From Klebsormidium nitens (taxonomy: Eukaryota > Plantae > Klebsormidiophyceae): a stretch of 64,000 nt of DNA. Of this stretch, positions 1-15,200 are shown piece by piece; position 1 is the first letter of the stretch, and each line of letters begins with the position of its first letter. The DNA is taken from positions 124,001 to 188,000 of the forward strand of contig DF237034.1 of NCBI GenBank assembly GCA_000708835.1, written 5' to 3'. The translations under genes and the position numbers were made by a program. Under the pieces are notes generated by a model. It searched no databases. It was not told the origin of the DNA and was given only the letters and a program-made list of their open reading frames with translations.

Positions 1-419
1 AATCCTCGAGCATCCGTTCGAACGTGCAGCTCACCACGTGCATGCCTTGCGTACTGGCACTGTACTCTGGCAATCTGAGCCTCGCCGGCCGTCTCATAAG
101 CTAACGCTTATTCCATAGGTCACTATGGCTTTCTGTTTTGATCATTCGATTGACGGTCCCGACCTAAGCGCTATCCAGCATGTCTGTATGCACCGAGGCA
201 CACTGGCCTGACCAATTCAATGCAGACATCTGATGATCCAGCATGAGTTGATACCTTGTACTATCCGCAGTTGGGTCAGCTGTGCCGAACTTATCCCAAC
301 CCCCTATCATGCCCAGGCTATGCCTCGTGCAGGGGCATCATGTTAGGCAGTAACGTCCGTGACAATTCGGTGATCCGACTGCAGCAGAGCAGATGGACCG
401 TCACATCGGATCCAAGATG

Positions 420-1968
420 CTACACGAGCTTTAAAACGTACCTTAGTCGTTGAAGAAGTTGATCAGCGTTGAGTGCCCCTTCCTGCAAGTAGAACGCACG
501 GGGTTTGCCCGTCATTAGTTGCGAAGCTTTGAATGTATGCCAGCGATCGAGTGTGCAGAATCTGACGAAAGCATGGGCTGAGTGTATTAAAAGGCTCGCT
601 TCAGGTCTGAAGTTGAGCATTCAAAAGAGCGCTTACCACTCTGTCGATTACTTTTCCGTCTTTGAAGAGGACGAGGGTTGGCAAAGCCCTTATGCCGTAC
701 TTGGACGCCAAGACTGGGTACTTCTGGGTATCGATTTTCACCTGTAATCAATGCCCTCCGTCTTAGTTCCTGACCTTCTACACAAACCTTGCAAGACTGA
801 AGTGTCCGCTCTCTCAATGAAGCGACTAGAATAAACTGGGTTACTCAAATGGAGTCGGAGCTTCAAAGGTGCCAACAGACAGCTGAGACATTGAGCGGGC
901 AGGGACGACAAGCATGTCCTCATTGTATGTGACAAACACAAAATCGAGAAGGCTTACCACTTTGAGGTGTGGTTTCAGCTGTGTCCCTACTTCATTGAGC
1001 ACCGGTGTCATCATGTGGCATGGTCCGCAGAAGTCAGCATACCAGTCGACCTGTTGTGTGACAAGAAGCGGATCCCCTGATGATTGTCCAAACAAGAAAA
1101 CGAGGTGATAAGAACTGCGCCAGACCAGAAGTCTCTCAGCAGTTGAGTTGATTATCGAGGAGAAGGCGAAAATAGTGGTTTGCAGAGTTCACTACTCCTG
1201 ACGGTCAAAAGTTGGAAAGAGATACAGAGAGTCTTATGTATATTGTGCCCATGTTTGGCTGCTTCTGCAGGACACGCCCTTGGCCAAGAAAGTCACTCAC
1301 CAGTACAGGCTGCTCGCTGCCCTCTATAAGTTCCTCAAAAGTTCTGAATGTTTTCTTTGCAGCACCCGTAATCTGGAACAAACACAAAAAGAATTACTGT
1401 CAGGCGTGTCAAGATGAAGATCCGTAACTACAGTAGCTTGACGGAAGAAAGCAAACCCAACACTACAAGTTGGATCCTATGCTGGCTGATGGTGGTGTGA
1501 GTGTTTGAACCTTGCTGATAGCGTCACTGAGATCTTTTGCTTGAGATCAGTGACAAGCGCATCACAATCCAGCATCTGAGAAAAGCCAGTAGGATGCTTC
1601 ACACTTTCAGTCGCAGGAGCAGAAAGAGCGGAGTTGTTCGCACCACCGTGCATCGCCGTATTGGCTTTTGCCCACTTCTCTGGTGCCCAATTCGTGGAGA
1701 AGTCAATGATTCCAACCCGCCACTACTTCTCAATCGAGTTTTTGGTCCAATTGCAGCTCTTTGACCCGGCCACGCAGGTGGGCGTGTGCAATCGAGGCAG
1801 ATGGGCAAAGGCGGACTGGTATATCCAGATATGCACAAGCGACGGGAATTGCTGTGGCAATGCTGTGAAGTGGAAACACAGTGCTCTCTTCTCCGGTGTG
1901 CTTCTTGCGGCCTGACGCCGTTCTGAAAGGTGGCTTGCGGCTGCAATTGCCGCATGAGCGGACGCCAT
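420..1968 (-). CDS. TRXy: Plastid thioredoxin, y-type
   Basis: Phase-consistent GT-AG exons 1372-1301 (ITGAAKKTFRTFEELIEGSEQPVL), 1050-958 (VDWYADFCGPCHMMTPVLNEVGTQLKPHLKV), 741-637 (VKIDTQKYPVLASKYGIRALPTLVLFKDGKVIDRV) and 482-420 (EGALNADQLLQRLRYVLKLV*). The KKTFxxFEEL..S..PVLVD, VKIDT.KYP and EGAL...QL.QR pattern is typical of Trx-y. The likely start is ATG 1968 (MASAHAAIAAASHLS, transit-like); the 5' exon boundary is unresolved. Confidence 0.88.
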
Positions 1969-2643
1969 TCGAAAGGACTGAACTTGGAAGTTGAAGTGCG
2001 AGCTAGGTAGTATCTTGCGCCACTCACAGAGTCGGAGCTTGCGCACTTTTCGCCGCCTGCATGTACCGGTACTCAGAGTTCAACCGCCAACCTAAAATCC
2101 ATGATTATTTCCTTGCTATACGAGCATGGTTGGTTTGCTCGGCACAACTCCAACCACGAGCACCGCCGGACGCGCAGTTGCCCGGGGATTGAACTTCGAT
2201 TCAATAGCTTATTTGACTACTTCACTGATTTCACTTTGCGGCCTCGCTAGCTGCTTCGCAGCCTTGTTTCTGCCATGCTCTGCCAAGTCACAAGTGCCCT
2301 GCGGCGGCCCCTGCCACACCAGCTCAGCTGAGGTCCACCCAGGAGGTTTGCTGCAGCACCAGAAGAGCCAGTGGAGGAGGGCCCGTTCGAGCTGGAAAAG
2401 CGGGAGGTTCCGAGGTTTCGATTCTGGAAGCAGGATTATCAGATGCACGGATTGGAGGATGCAAGGAATTAGGAGGTGCTGCACTTGAGGCCAGCAATTT
2501 TCGTAGGCGGTCTTTGTCTACCTGCTCATACTCTGCCACTTGCTCAAAGCAGTGCCAATTGTCGAGGCAAGCCAGTGATGTGGCTTGATCCATGATCAGA
2601 AAGACTTGAATTATCTCTCCAAGTAGTTCCTGTGGTTGTAAAA

Positions 2644-5975
<3,332 letters not shown>

Positions 5976-6985
5976 GTGGCTGGATAGCTTCCATCGATAC
6001 GTTTGTCGGAACGCCTTTAGCACGTATGTTTGTACATGTTTTTAGTGCAACGAATCTTCTAACTCTTGCACGTTCTCGGTAGTCTTGATAGTCCAAGTTG
6101 GAGCGTGATTCTTCTTATAAGCAATCCAATTATGTGCCATATGAGCTCGAATCATTGCCATCTTAATTGCAAAGAACCGTATATGCCATTTCGACTCGGT
6201 TCCCCAAGCTTGCAGCTGCCTTCGAATGCGCCTTGACGCATGAAAATCGTCCAAGTTCAACCATGATAGAGGATCTTGATATGCATCAACAGGCAGAATA
6301 TGTTTTGAATGCCGGCTGGTATGTGAACCCAAGGCCTCCGCAACTAAGCATCATATATGATGCGCCGCTTTGGTTTCAACAAAATTGGTCAAAGACCGAC
6401 GTGTCGTCACTTCATCTGAGCATGGCTTCGAGTAGGGTAGCTTATACTGCTCAGGCTCATTGCTTGCTGAGGCTAGTAGTGGTATCATGGTGCATACCTA
6501 TGGATAACTTACTCTATATACTTATCTAAGTTATAGTGACGGTTTGCTCAAATTACAGAGTGACAAAGTTAGAAACAGTTTTGTGAGATTTCTTAGTAGT
6601 AGGATAGACTTTTAGTGGAAGTTCCTATTATGACCTTGGACGCAAAGCGGAAATAAGCGACTACTGTGGGGGCTTGCTGCACGCGCGAACACACCGAGTC
6701 TGCAGGCTTCACATCAGCCAGCCGCCACCCAGCTCCCTGGGCCTTTGATGTTCTTGATTAGACGATCGAAGGTCCCTGCGGCTTGTCCGAAAAGGTTGCT
6801 TTACACCGTTCAATAGCGGCTGCAAAGATGGTATCTACGGCTAGATGCTTGCAGTCTCATGCACGTGGTTTGTCGACGTATTGTATGGGTCATCCGGCAC
6901 GGAATCCTGGTCAGAATCCGTCACAGCACACTTGTCAGCCTCATCTGGGGTTTGAAAGCGACGGATCGAAAGAAAACGGAAGTGT

Positions 6986-7795
6986 NNNNNNNNNNNNNNN
7001 NNNNNNNNNNNNNNNNNNNNNNNNNNNNNNNNNNNNNNNNNNNNNNNNNNNNNNNNNNNNNNNNNNNNNNNNNNNNNNNNNNNNNNNNNNNNNNNNNNNN
7101 NNNNNNNNNNNNNNNNNNNNNNNNNNNNNNNNNNNNNNNNNNNNNNNNNNNNNNNNNNNNNNNNNNNNNNNNNNNNNNNNNNNNNNNNNNNNNNNNNNNN
7201 NNNNNNNNNNNNNNNNNNNNNNNNNNNNNNNNNNNNNNNNNNNNNNNNNNNNNNNNNNNNNNNNNNNNNNNNNNNNNNNNNNNNNNNNNNNNNNNNNNNN
7301 NNNNNNNNNNNNNNNNNNNNNNNNNNNNNNNNNNNNNNNNNNNNNNNNNNNNNNNNNNNNNNNNNNNNNNNNNNNNNNNNNNNNNNNNNNNNNNNNNNNN
7401 NNNNNNNNNNNNNNNNNNNNNNNNNNNNNNNNNNNNNNNNNNNNNNNNNNNNNNNNNNNNNNNNNNNNNNNNNNNNNNNNNNNNNNNNNNNNNNNNNNNN
7501 NNNNNNNNNNNNNNNNNNNNNNNNNNNNNNNNNNNNNNNNNNNNNNNNNNNNNNNNNNNNNNNNNNNNNNNNNNNNNNNNNNNNNNNNNNNNNNNNNNNN
7601 NNNNNNNNNNNNNNNNNNNNNNNNNNNNNNNNNNNNNNNNNNNNNNNNNNNNNNNNNNNNNNNNNNNNNNNNNNNNNNNNNNNNNNNNNNNNNNNNNNNN
7701 NNNNNNNNNNNNNNNNNNNNNNNNNNNNNNNNNNNNNNNNNNNNNNNNNNNNNNNNNNNNNNNNNNNNNNNNNNNNNNNNNNNNNNNNNNNNNNN
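6986..7795. other. Assembly gap (N run)
   Basis: About 810 consecutive N; ORF calls spanning it are artefacts. Confidence 0.99.
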
Positions 7796-10700
7796 ATTTT
7801 TGCACAAGTTGGGAAAAAGTGCACATCACCTTTGACTTCGCGGGCTGCCACGCGGCACGAGCGGCACGAAAAGGCGGCCACATCAGCACAGCCGAGATAC
7901 CCTCAAATTGTCAGCCTCAAACTCGCAGAAGGAATCCAGCCTTGGGTTTAAGAATTTCGAGGAGAATGATTCCTGCCGGTTGAAATATTCTTTGGCTTCT
8001 GCGAGACCTCCAGACTCCGACAGAGGCCTTTGCAAGCATAATGCTCTCGAGTCTCCGCTCTATAATACCTTCGTGCCCCCACGGCCTCCGCTTGCTCAGG
8101 ACTGTCCTAGCTGTGGAAGCGAGACGCTGCAAAGACGTGAGAAAAAGAGGTGCACACAAACCGCTGCGTTGCAGGATCGCACACCACTGCGTCGCATTAC
8201 AGTCGTGAGCGATAGAAGTCGGACGAGTTTGTCTACAAATGCGCGAGCAGATACGCAGAGCAGAAAACATCGCAAGCGAGTGAGTGTTGGCTTTTTGAGG
8301 TCTGTCCTCGGGCTGTCGAGCAGAATGTGTGAAAGCAGAGCATCACGAGAACCAGAGGTAAGTACGAGAACCCATGCTAGCCCAAGCGGGCCTTGCAGTT
8401 GTTAGGAAACCCTTAAGAATATACACTGAACTGCATTGTAGGGCAGTAAGTGTATGATTGCAGAAACATGTTTAAGTTCCTGGAGCAGTGCTTCTTTGTC
8501 TTTGTTAGAGGATGGGGGTAACTTATCTTTGATCAGGAACAGCTTTTGTCAAGTAGAGGGCCGCCTGGTCCAGACTGCAACTCTCTATTAAACTCCCCAT
8601 CAAATGTTCCTTATCAAGTCACTTAGTTCCTCTACCGAAGCTATGAAGAGCTTAGGAGTCACTGACTTCCGACATGCTGATCTCCTCAGCAGACTCCCCT
8701 AGTCCTGACCCTCAACACTAAAGCTTGGCTCGCCTTCTGCAGGGGAATGCAATGGAGCACTGCAGTACGTCAGGCTCATATGGCAGTGATATGCCAAACA
8801 AGGTCAGCCGCTATCTGTACTGGGCTTTTGAAGTTTGTCAGCTCAGCCCACAGTTCTGCTGAGGGTGGCTGTTTAAATCTGAATGAGTCGACCTGAGGGA
8901 GTGTCTCCTTCTTGTCCTGGGGCACTTCACTTGGAATGTACTGGAGTGAATCATACTTTTGTAAAACTCGTTTCTCAAGAGTATGACCTGCGGTCCCCAG
9001 GAGTTTTTATTGCAAGTGGCATCTCCTTTCCACAGTCTGGAACTGGTAAGGTGAATCCGCTGACTATCTTTACCTTGCTGCAGAGATTCGCTGGAGTTCT
9101 CAAGAACCTGCCTGTGAACTATGGCCCCATGCCACAAGGGAAGCGAGCAGACCTGAGTTTGAACTGTCAAGAGGGGGCGCTCTTGGAAGGTGAGAGTCAT
9201 GGCGCTCTTACAGGCCCTTGAATGCTCCGTTGATCTATGTCTCTCTTAACCTCCTGAAACTGACTCACTATGCATGTTTATATCCAGTCAGTCTGCATAT
9301 GAAAAAAAAGGAACTTCGAATTGGATCGACAGTGCTAGCTGAGCCGAGGAGCCTGAGTCAAGAAACCGATGGATTGGGCGAGCTGACAAAGGGGGACAGA
9401 TTTCTGTATTCCATGATTCATCTCAGCCTTCCTGAAGGGCTCTTAAACCTCTCCATACCATTCTTGACACAGAGGTCGGTACCCTGGGCTACTCAAAGCT
9501 CATTCCAATTTGACACTGACAGTAGCAAAAGTGCTCACAGTAGTTCTACCTTATGCAGATGAGTGCCGGAGCCCGGTTTCCCCTTTCAGCCCCTCCTTCA
9601 AAGGCCCCTATGGAGTGCCTCTGGAGTACGGGGTCCCTTTCAGTGCCAAGAACCCATTGGTACAAGATCTTCTAGCGTCAAGCCACGAGTGTGCACACGA
9701 GTTTGAGAGCAAAGCCACCGCGTTTGGCTGGGTGAGTAACTCGTTGGACCTGCCTTAACGTTGGTTCCTTGAACATGGTCCTGTGCTTATGATGAGCTGA
9801 TAACACATTGGTGCCAAGGGGTCTGCAGATCACTCCCGGGTCTTTCACAGTGACCAAAATTGCGGCTGTGGCCAATAGTGTGGCTGCGGCCCCTGAAAGT
9901 CATTCAGTACAGGTTGCTGTGGCATAGTCGAATTGATGTCAAGCAAATGCTGCAATTTTGCTGGGGCGCCGGTCGATTATTTGCATGTTCCTTGAGAACA
10001 GCGTTTATAGGAGCAGTGGCGTAACTCGGTTGTTGCGCTGCACTGTGCAGGTCTCATCTATCTTGCTCTTTCCGCTGGGCATCCTTTGCCTCTTCATCTT
10101 CACCACAAACCGGTGCATACACTGCAAAGTGCACAAGGACAGCCTGTTCTTGTGAGGCAGCAAAAGTGGCCCAAGTTGAGGACCCCTGCAACCCCAACTC
10201 TTGCGCGAAGTTCTGCTTGACCGCGGACCAGTAGCTAGTTCCGGGATAGAGGGCTGGGCATCCTTCAGTCAACGTGTTTCAGTATGTATCGCTTAGCACT
10301 CAGGCATTGAAAGACGGGCAAAACCATGTTCGCTTCGACTCAGTGTTAGCCATTTTTTTAGCTCTGACAGAGACCCTGCGCTTTAAGTCGTGCTTTCGGT
10401 TGGTCTTAGTTGAAAAGCTTTAGGCAGCTGCTGTCAAGTAATAGCACCCGCTCAACATTGTAACATAGAAATTCGTTGGACACGGTCGCCAATTCTTTGT
10501 CAAAATAGTGAGCTTAGAGAAGGTCGAATCCTATTGGACGACAAGCGTAGAGCTCCCAAGCGGTGCTTGGTCTCGGAACTACTTTTCTTGCTGCGCAGTC
10601 TGGTCAGTGGCGGTGACTCTTATAGCCTGAAAGGACAGTCCGATCGAGACATCCAGCTGCTGCGCGCAGTTTTAACCCTCAGTGCGACATGCAGCCGTTT

Positions 10701-12239
10701 CTTCTGAAAAGCAAGTACCAATTTCACCTCTTCCTTAAATGGAATATCAGCTTAACTTAGCACATGGGTAGTTCGTAGCTGGCCCCCGGATTTAAGTATC
10801 TTTATGTGAGAAGAGGGTACTGAGCTCATGAATCAAGTTAGTATGTGGCTAGACGTGCATGCGGCTTTTGACCACGTAACTTACCGCGCGTTCGATCGGC
10901 GGTAACCCCGTAGCTGTATATATCTGAGAGCATGTTCAGTGCGCACATATCTTGCGGTGGGCCCTTATCTCCACGTTTATAGCGGTATATGCCCGACCCG
11001 GCCAATCCTTGAGAGCAAGCAAAACTGATTTTGATGCACTGCATATATACGCGGTCCAATGGCCGGCGCCCGGCCGAATCAGCCGATCAAGTCATTCAAT
11101 ATGAACCGTCATGGTCACCACAAGGCATGAACACGTACCCCTCGGCTGGCGCCCACCGACAACGTGACCGGTCGTAACCTGACGCCGGACGACTTGCAGG
11201 ACCTGGCCAAATTCCTCTGCGACCGCCTCCGACATCAAGGGCAAGACCCAGGAGTAGAAATGTAGCTTGTCTAGCATAAACAATTAGCCACGATCGTTAG
11301 TCATCACGCCACCCACCGTAGCCGTTTGCATAGCTTACAAAACATACTATACATCCCATCCGTGTGCATGATTTGCTAAGCTGCAGTGTGTTAGTGTGCT
11401 GCTTGTGTTCTGTAGTAATAAACATTGGACATGACTTGCAGCCGTAGCAAGCTCTGCAGAGTCAATTCATTGTATCCCGGTACGTCTCACCGGAGCATTG
11501 CCCGATGGCTCAGCGTGGCCCAGGGTTTATAAGGACATGTGACCATATGTAAAGGGGCCAGATCTTCCATGGTTTTAATCAATCATATTCTACAAGGCCG
11601 GCGGCCAATTAAGCACGTAGCTTGATCGAACTAAGGCGTACCGTGACCGTCTGCACATGCATGCGTTTAGCAAGTGGCATTGCGTGATGGTACGAACGTA
11701 CTCAGCATGCCGCCGGTACTAAATTAAGTTCTGCCACTTGAATTGCACATTGTATCTAGCTGACCGGGCGCCGTACTATTAAAGCTAGCTGACATATGCA
11801 TCAGTATGCCCGCGTGTGAGGAACTCTAGAGCATCGTTCACCTGTATATGGCGAATTGCAAGCAACAGAGCCAGCATACACAGAAGTGCGGGCGGAAGCT
11901 TCCGACCTTCTCATCGGATAAACTAGCTCATTGACTTAATCTAGGTCATTGCTTGACGAGTCCTGCTTACTATCAGTGCAGGCGAGCTAAGACTTACAAC
12001 TCGTCACCACTTCTTCATATCCAGCCCTTCTGAGGCGCTTGTGGGCTGGAAGCTCAGAATCCATTGTGTGCCTATACCCTATTTCAAGACCTGTTACTGC
12101 AGCCTGTTCTCCTACTCGAGACGATGCCCCTCGCTTCCACACTATGTACAAGCGCGAAGAAGAGCAGCATCCTTTGACGAGGTGCTTCGAAGACTTTTCG
12201 AGCCGCATACCTGGTTAGCACCTGTTGCAGCAGCTAACA

Positions 12240-15200
12240 CTACCGGTTCTGTTCGCCCGGAGCAGCCTTGAGGTGGCGCGGTCGTGCGTGCACCTCCCTC
12301 ATTGGGCTGGGCCGGTACGCCTTGTATGCGAGCCTGCCCACTTGCGCGATCACCGCCTCGGCCTCCCGATCGTACTGGCTCTGCAGCTCGAGGGGAATCC
12401 GAGATTAGCCGGTAGCTCTTTTTAGAGAACAGGAGAGCAACGATTCGCGTCGTGAAGCAGCCATAGACTCCTGGAACCTTGCGTTGAGTAACGGGGCCCG
12501 GACTTGCGCCGCCAGAAGAAAAACGCGCAGGGAACGTACCCGAAGCAAGAACAAAAGCCGGCAGCAGGCAGCTGGAAAAGCGCCCGTCGCCTGCAATTGA
12601 GAGAGCAATCACTGCAAACTGGCCGGACGGAAGCCAGGCGGATCAGGGCCGCCCACAAAGAAGCCATAGGTAGGGTCCGCCCGTTCGGGCCCGGGTTTAC
12701 CTTGAGTATTCCCGACACCATGGCCGCGACGACCACCAGGTTGTCGGGGCTGCCCACCTCAATGATGCCCACGTCGTTGCACACCCCCATGATCGTCCCT
12801 GCGCGCGCGACCACCGTGGGAAGGCACCGGTCAGTCTCAACGGCAGCCAAAGGAGGCAGTAGCAGGCGGACTGGCAGCGAATGGCTTGTCGAGAGGAACA
12901 CTTGCCAATGCATGTATTGGACGGTGACGGGTCAGACTGAAAGAACATGCATCCTGCACATTGGCCTCTTCGGGCCGTCTTGACCTAGAAGTAGGCTCCG
13001 CATGGCTCTCATAAGCTCCGCTCGACTGACCCGTTTTGTGGTAGACCCGGGTGTCTCTGGGCAGCCCGCGCGGCAGCCGCCGTTTGCCGTACTGCTGGCG
13101 CGAGAGGATGCCCATGCAGTGGCGGGTCCACTTGGGCCGCAGCAGGGCGCCCTCCGCCAGCCGCCGCAGCAACAGCGCCCTGCACCCACGCCGGAGACAC
13201 GCTGTCAAACGAGGCGAAAACCCAGAGACTCTGCCGCAAAGTATACGGGAAGTAAGGGTATCTCCTCCGGCAGCGTGACCATCAAGTTCGACAATCTCTT
13301 ACCTCTCGAAATAATGGCCTTTCTCAGAAGACGTCCTTTGCATCCTTCGTGGCCCCTTATGTGCATCCCCACCGTCTGTACGTCGATCGGCAAGAGCTTG
13401 GTGCAAACAAACGCCTACTAAAGCTGTCAAAGTTCTTCTCCCAACAAGCATCTGCCGCGTCATTCTAAAAGCAGGCCCCTTCAGACTGGACTGGAATAAA
13501 GACCCGTTGTGCGTGCCTTGTTGTCGAAACAGGATCCCCTTTCTCAGGCCGCTTATCACCGACTTCTTTCCGGGCTGCGCTTTACGAGAAAGGGTCTTCG
13601 TGCCCACCCGCTTACATGTCCTCCGGCGATGCCGTGTTGTCCACCGCTGCCGCCACCGCCATCGAGTCTCGCCGCGCGCTGCGCCCGCCCACCTTGTAGT
13701 TCTCCTCGGCCAGCCGCTCCGCCCCCAGGAACGACTTCACGCTCAGCGCCGTGTTGGCCGCGTCCGCTTCCGCAATGATCGCTGCCCGCTGCGACGCCGA
13801 CATGGCCTCCCATCTGACAGCAGAGGGAGGACGAGTCAAAAAGGCCGGTAAGCGCACTCGGGGGACAGTGGTCGCTGATGGTGGCTGAAGACGTCTCGTT
13901 CAGATCTCTGAAGAGGTGCTCGACCCAGATTACGAGAGACTTGCAGCTTCTTTACAAAGCTTCGCTGGCTAGCTTGTGTCGCCTGAATGTGTTGTATTCA
14001 GAAAGAATAAGAGGGGATCTTTATACGCACTGGATGAACATTGCCGCTTCTCTTGCAATCCAGACCCGTGTGAACAATTTCCGCCCTGTCAGGTGAAGTG
14101 CAGCCGATTCTTTTCACTTTTCGCCCTGTGACTGGCTTCAATGCCGGTTCCAGCATCTTCAGATACTTACACAGCCAAGATCCCCTACTCAGACCACGCG
14201 CCTCACCGTTTTGCGATCTGTGTGGCCGACAGGTCCCTGAACGACGGCGTCATGCCCATGGCGATGAGGAACGCCTGGCGCTGCGAGAGGCAGAGGTCCG
14301 TGTGGTGCAGGCCCTGCTCGCGCAGCAGCGCACGCACGCGGCCCAGCGTCGCCTGCTGCAGGACCAGGTCCGCCGCCGTGTTGTCGCTCACCACGCACGC
14401 CAGCTCCATGCACTCGCCCAGCGTGGCCGTCTCGCCGCTGCAGAAACAAGGAAAACGTTTCGGGCCTGCTACTCAAGTGATTTTAAGAACGAAAGGCGGG
14501 CTTCCGAGCGAAAAAGCGTGAGCTGGGCAGCTACGCGCGGAATCTGAGAGGTTAAGAGGCCTTGAGTTGACGTCCCCCTGTGTTGGATGGCGAGGTTCTC
14601 GACCGACCACCGAGCCGACGAACGAGCCACCGATGTCCAAAGGTCCTTTTTAAACATGAAGAGAGTGCGGGATCGTCCCCCAGTAGCGGGCCGTACCTCG
14701 GCCGCTCGTGCAGCTCCCCCGAGCCGATGCACTTGACGTCCTCCGTGACGCGCAGCCGCGTGGTGAGGCGCACCCCCCGGGGGTCCGCCTCCGCCTCCTG
14801 CAGCTGCTGCGCGGCCGCGATGATGATGGGAACCTTGGCAACACTCGCGAGCGGGAACGGCTCCCTGCCGTTGATGGACACGCGCTCCCCGCTCGGCAGG
14901 TGCTCCACCACCACGCCAACGTGCATCTTCCTGTACAGCGCCACGAGAGGGTGAGAACTGCCTTTGATGTCAAAAGGAACTGAAGAAAGGGACCTTTTTG
15001 CATGCCAACGACAAAGTTGGACAACAGAGCCAACACAAGGCGGCGGGCGGCCGCACTTCGGTCAGCGGTACTTATGAGATTGAGGGGAACTCAAAGAATC
15101 GGGTTCGGGACATGCCTGGCAGATCCTTACAGCCTTGAGCGGACCTGCTGTTTCTCAAACGCGCGCTTTCATGCGTCTCATCTGTGGATAATTCGGAAAG

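Noticed and set aside
1-117. Open + frame ILEHPFERAAHHVHALRTG...IP* at the window edge
   Set aside because: Too short, with no recognisable motif; it cannot be distinguished from 3' flank.
6783-7983. Long ORFs of 288-374 aa in the track
   Set aside because: They are runs of X across the N gap, not coding sequence.
9000-9630. SGTGK (P-loop-like), KGDRFL and FKGPYGV (gypsy GPY/F-like), and HSLRS (tyrosine-recombinase-like) words
   Set aside because: They fall in different frames or strands, the spacing is wrong, and the flanking conserved residues are missing; likely chance matches.
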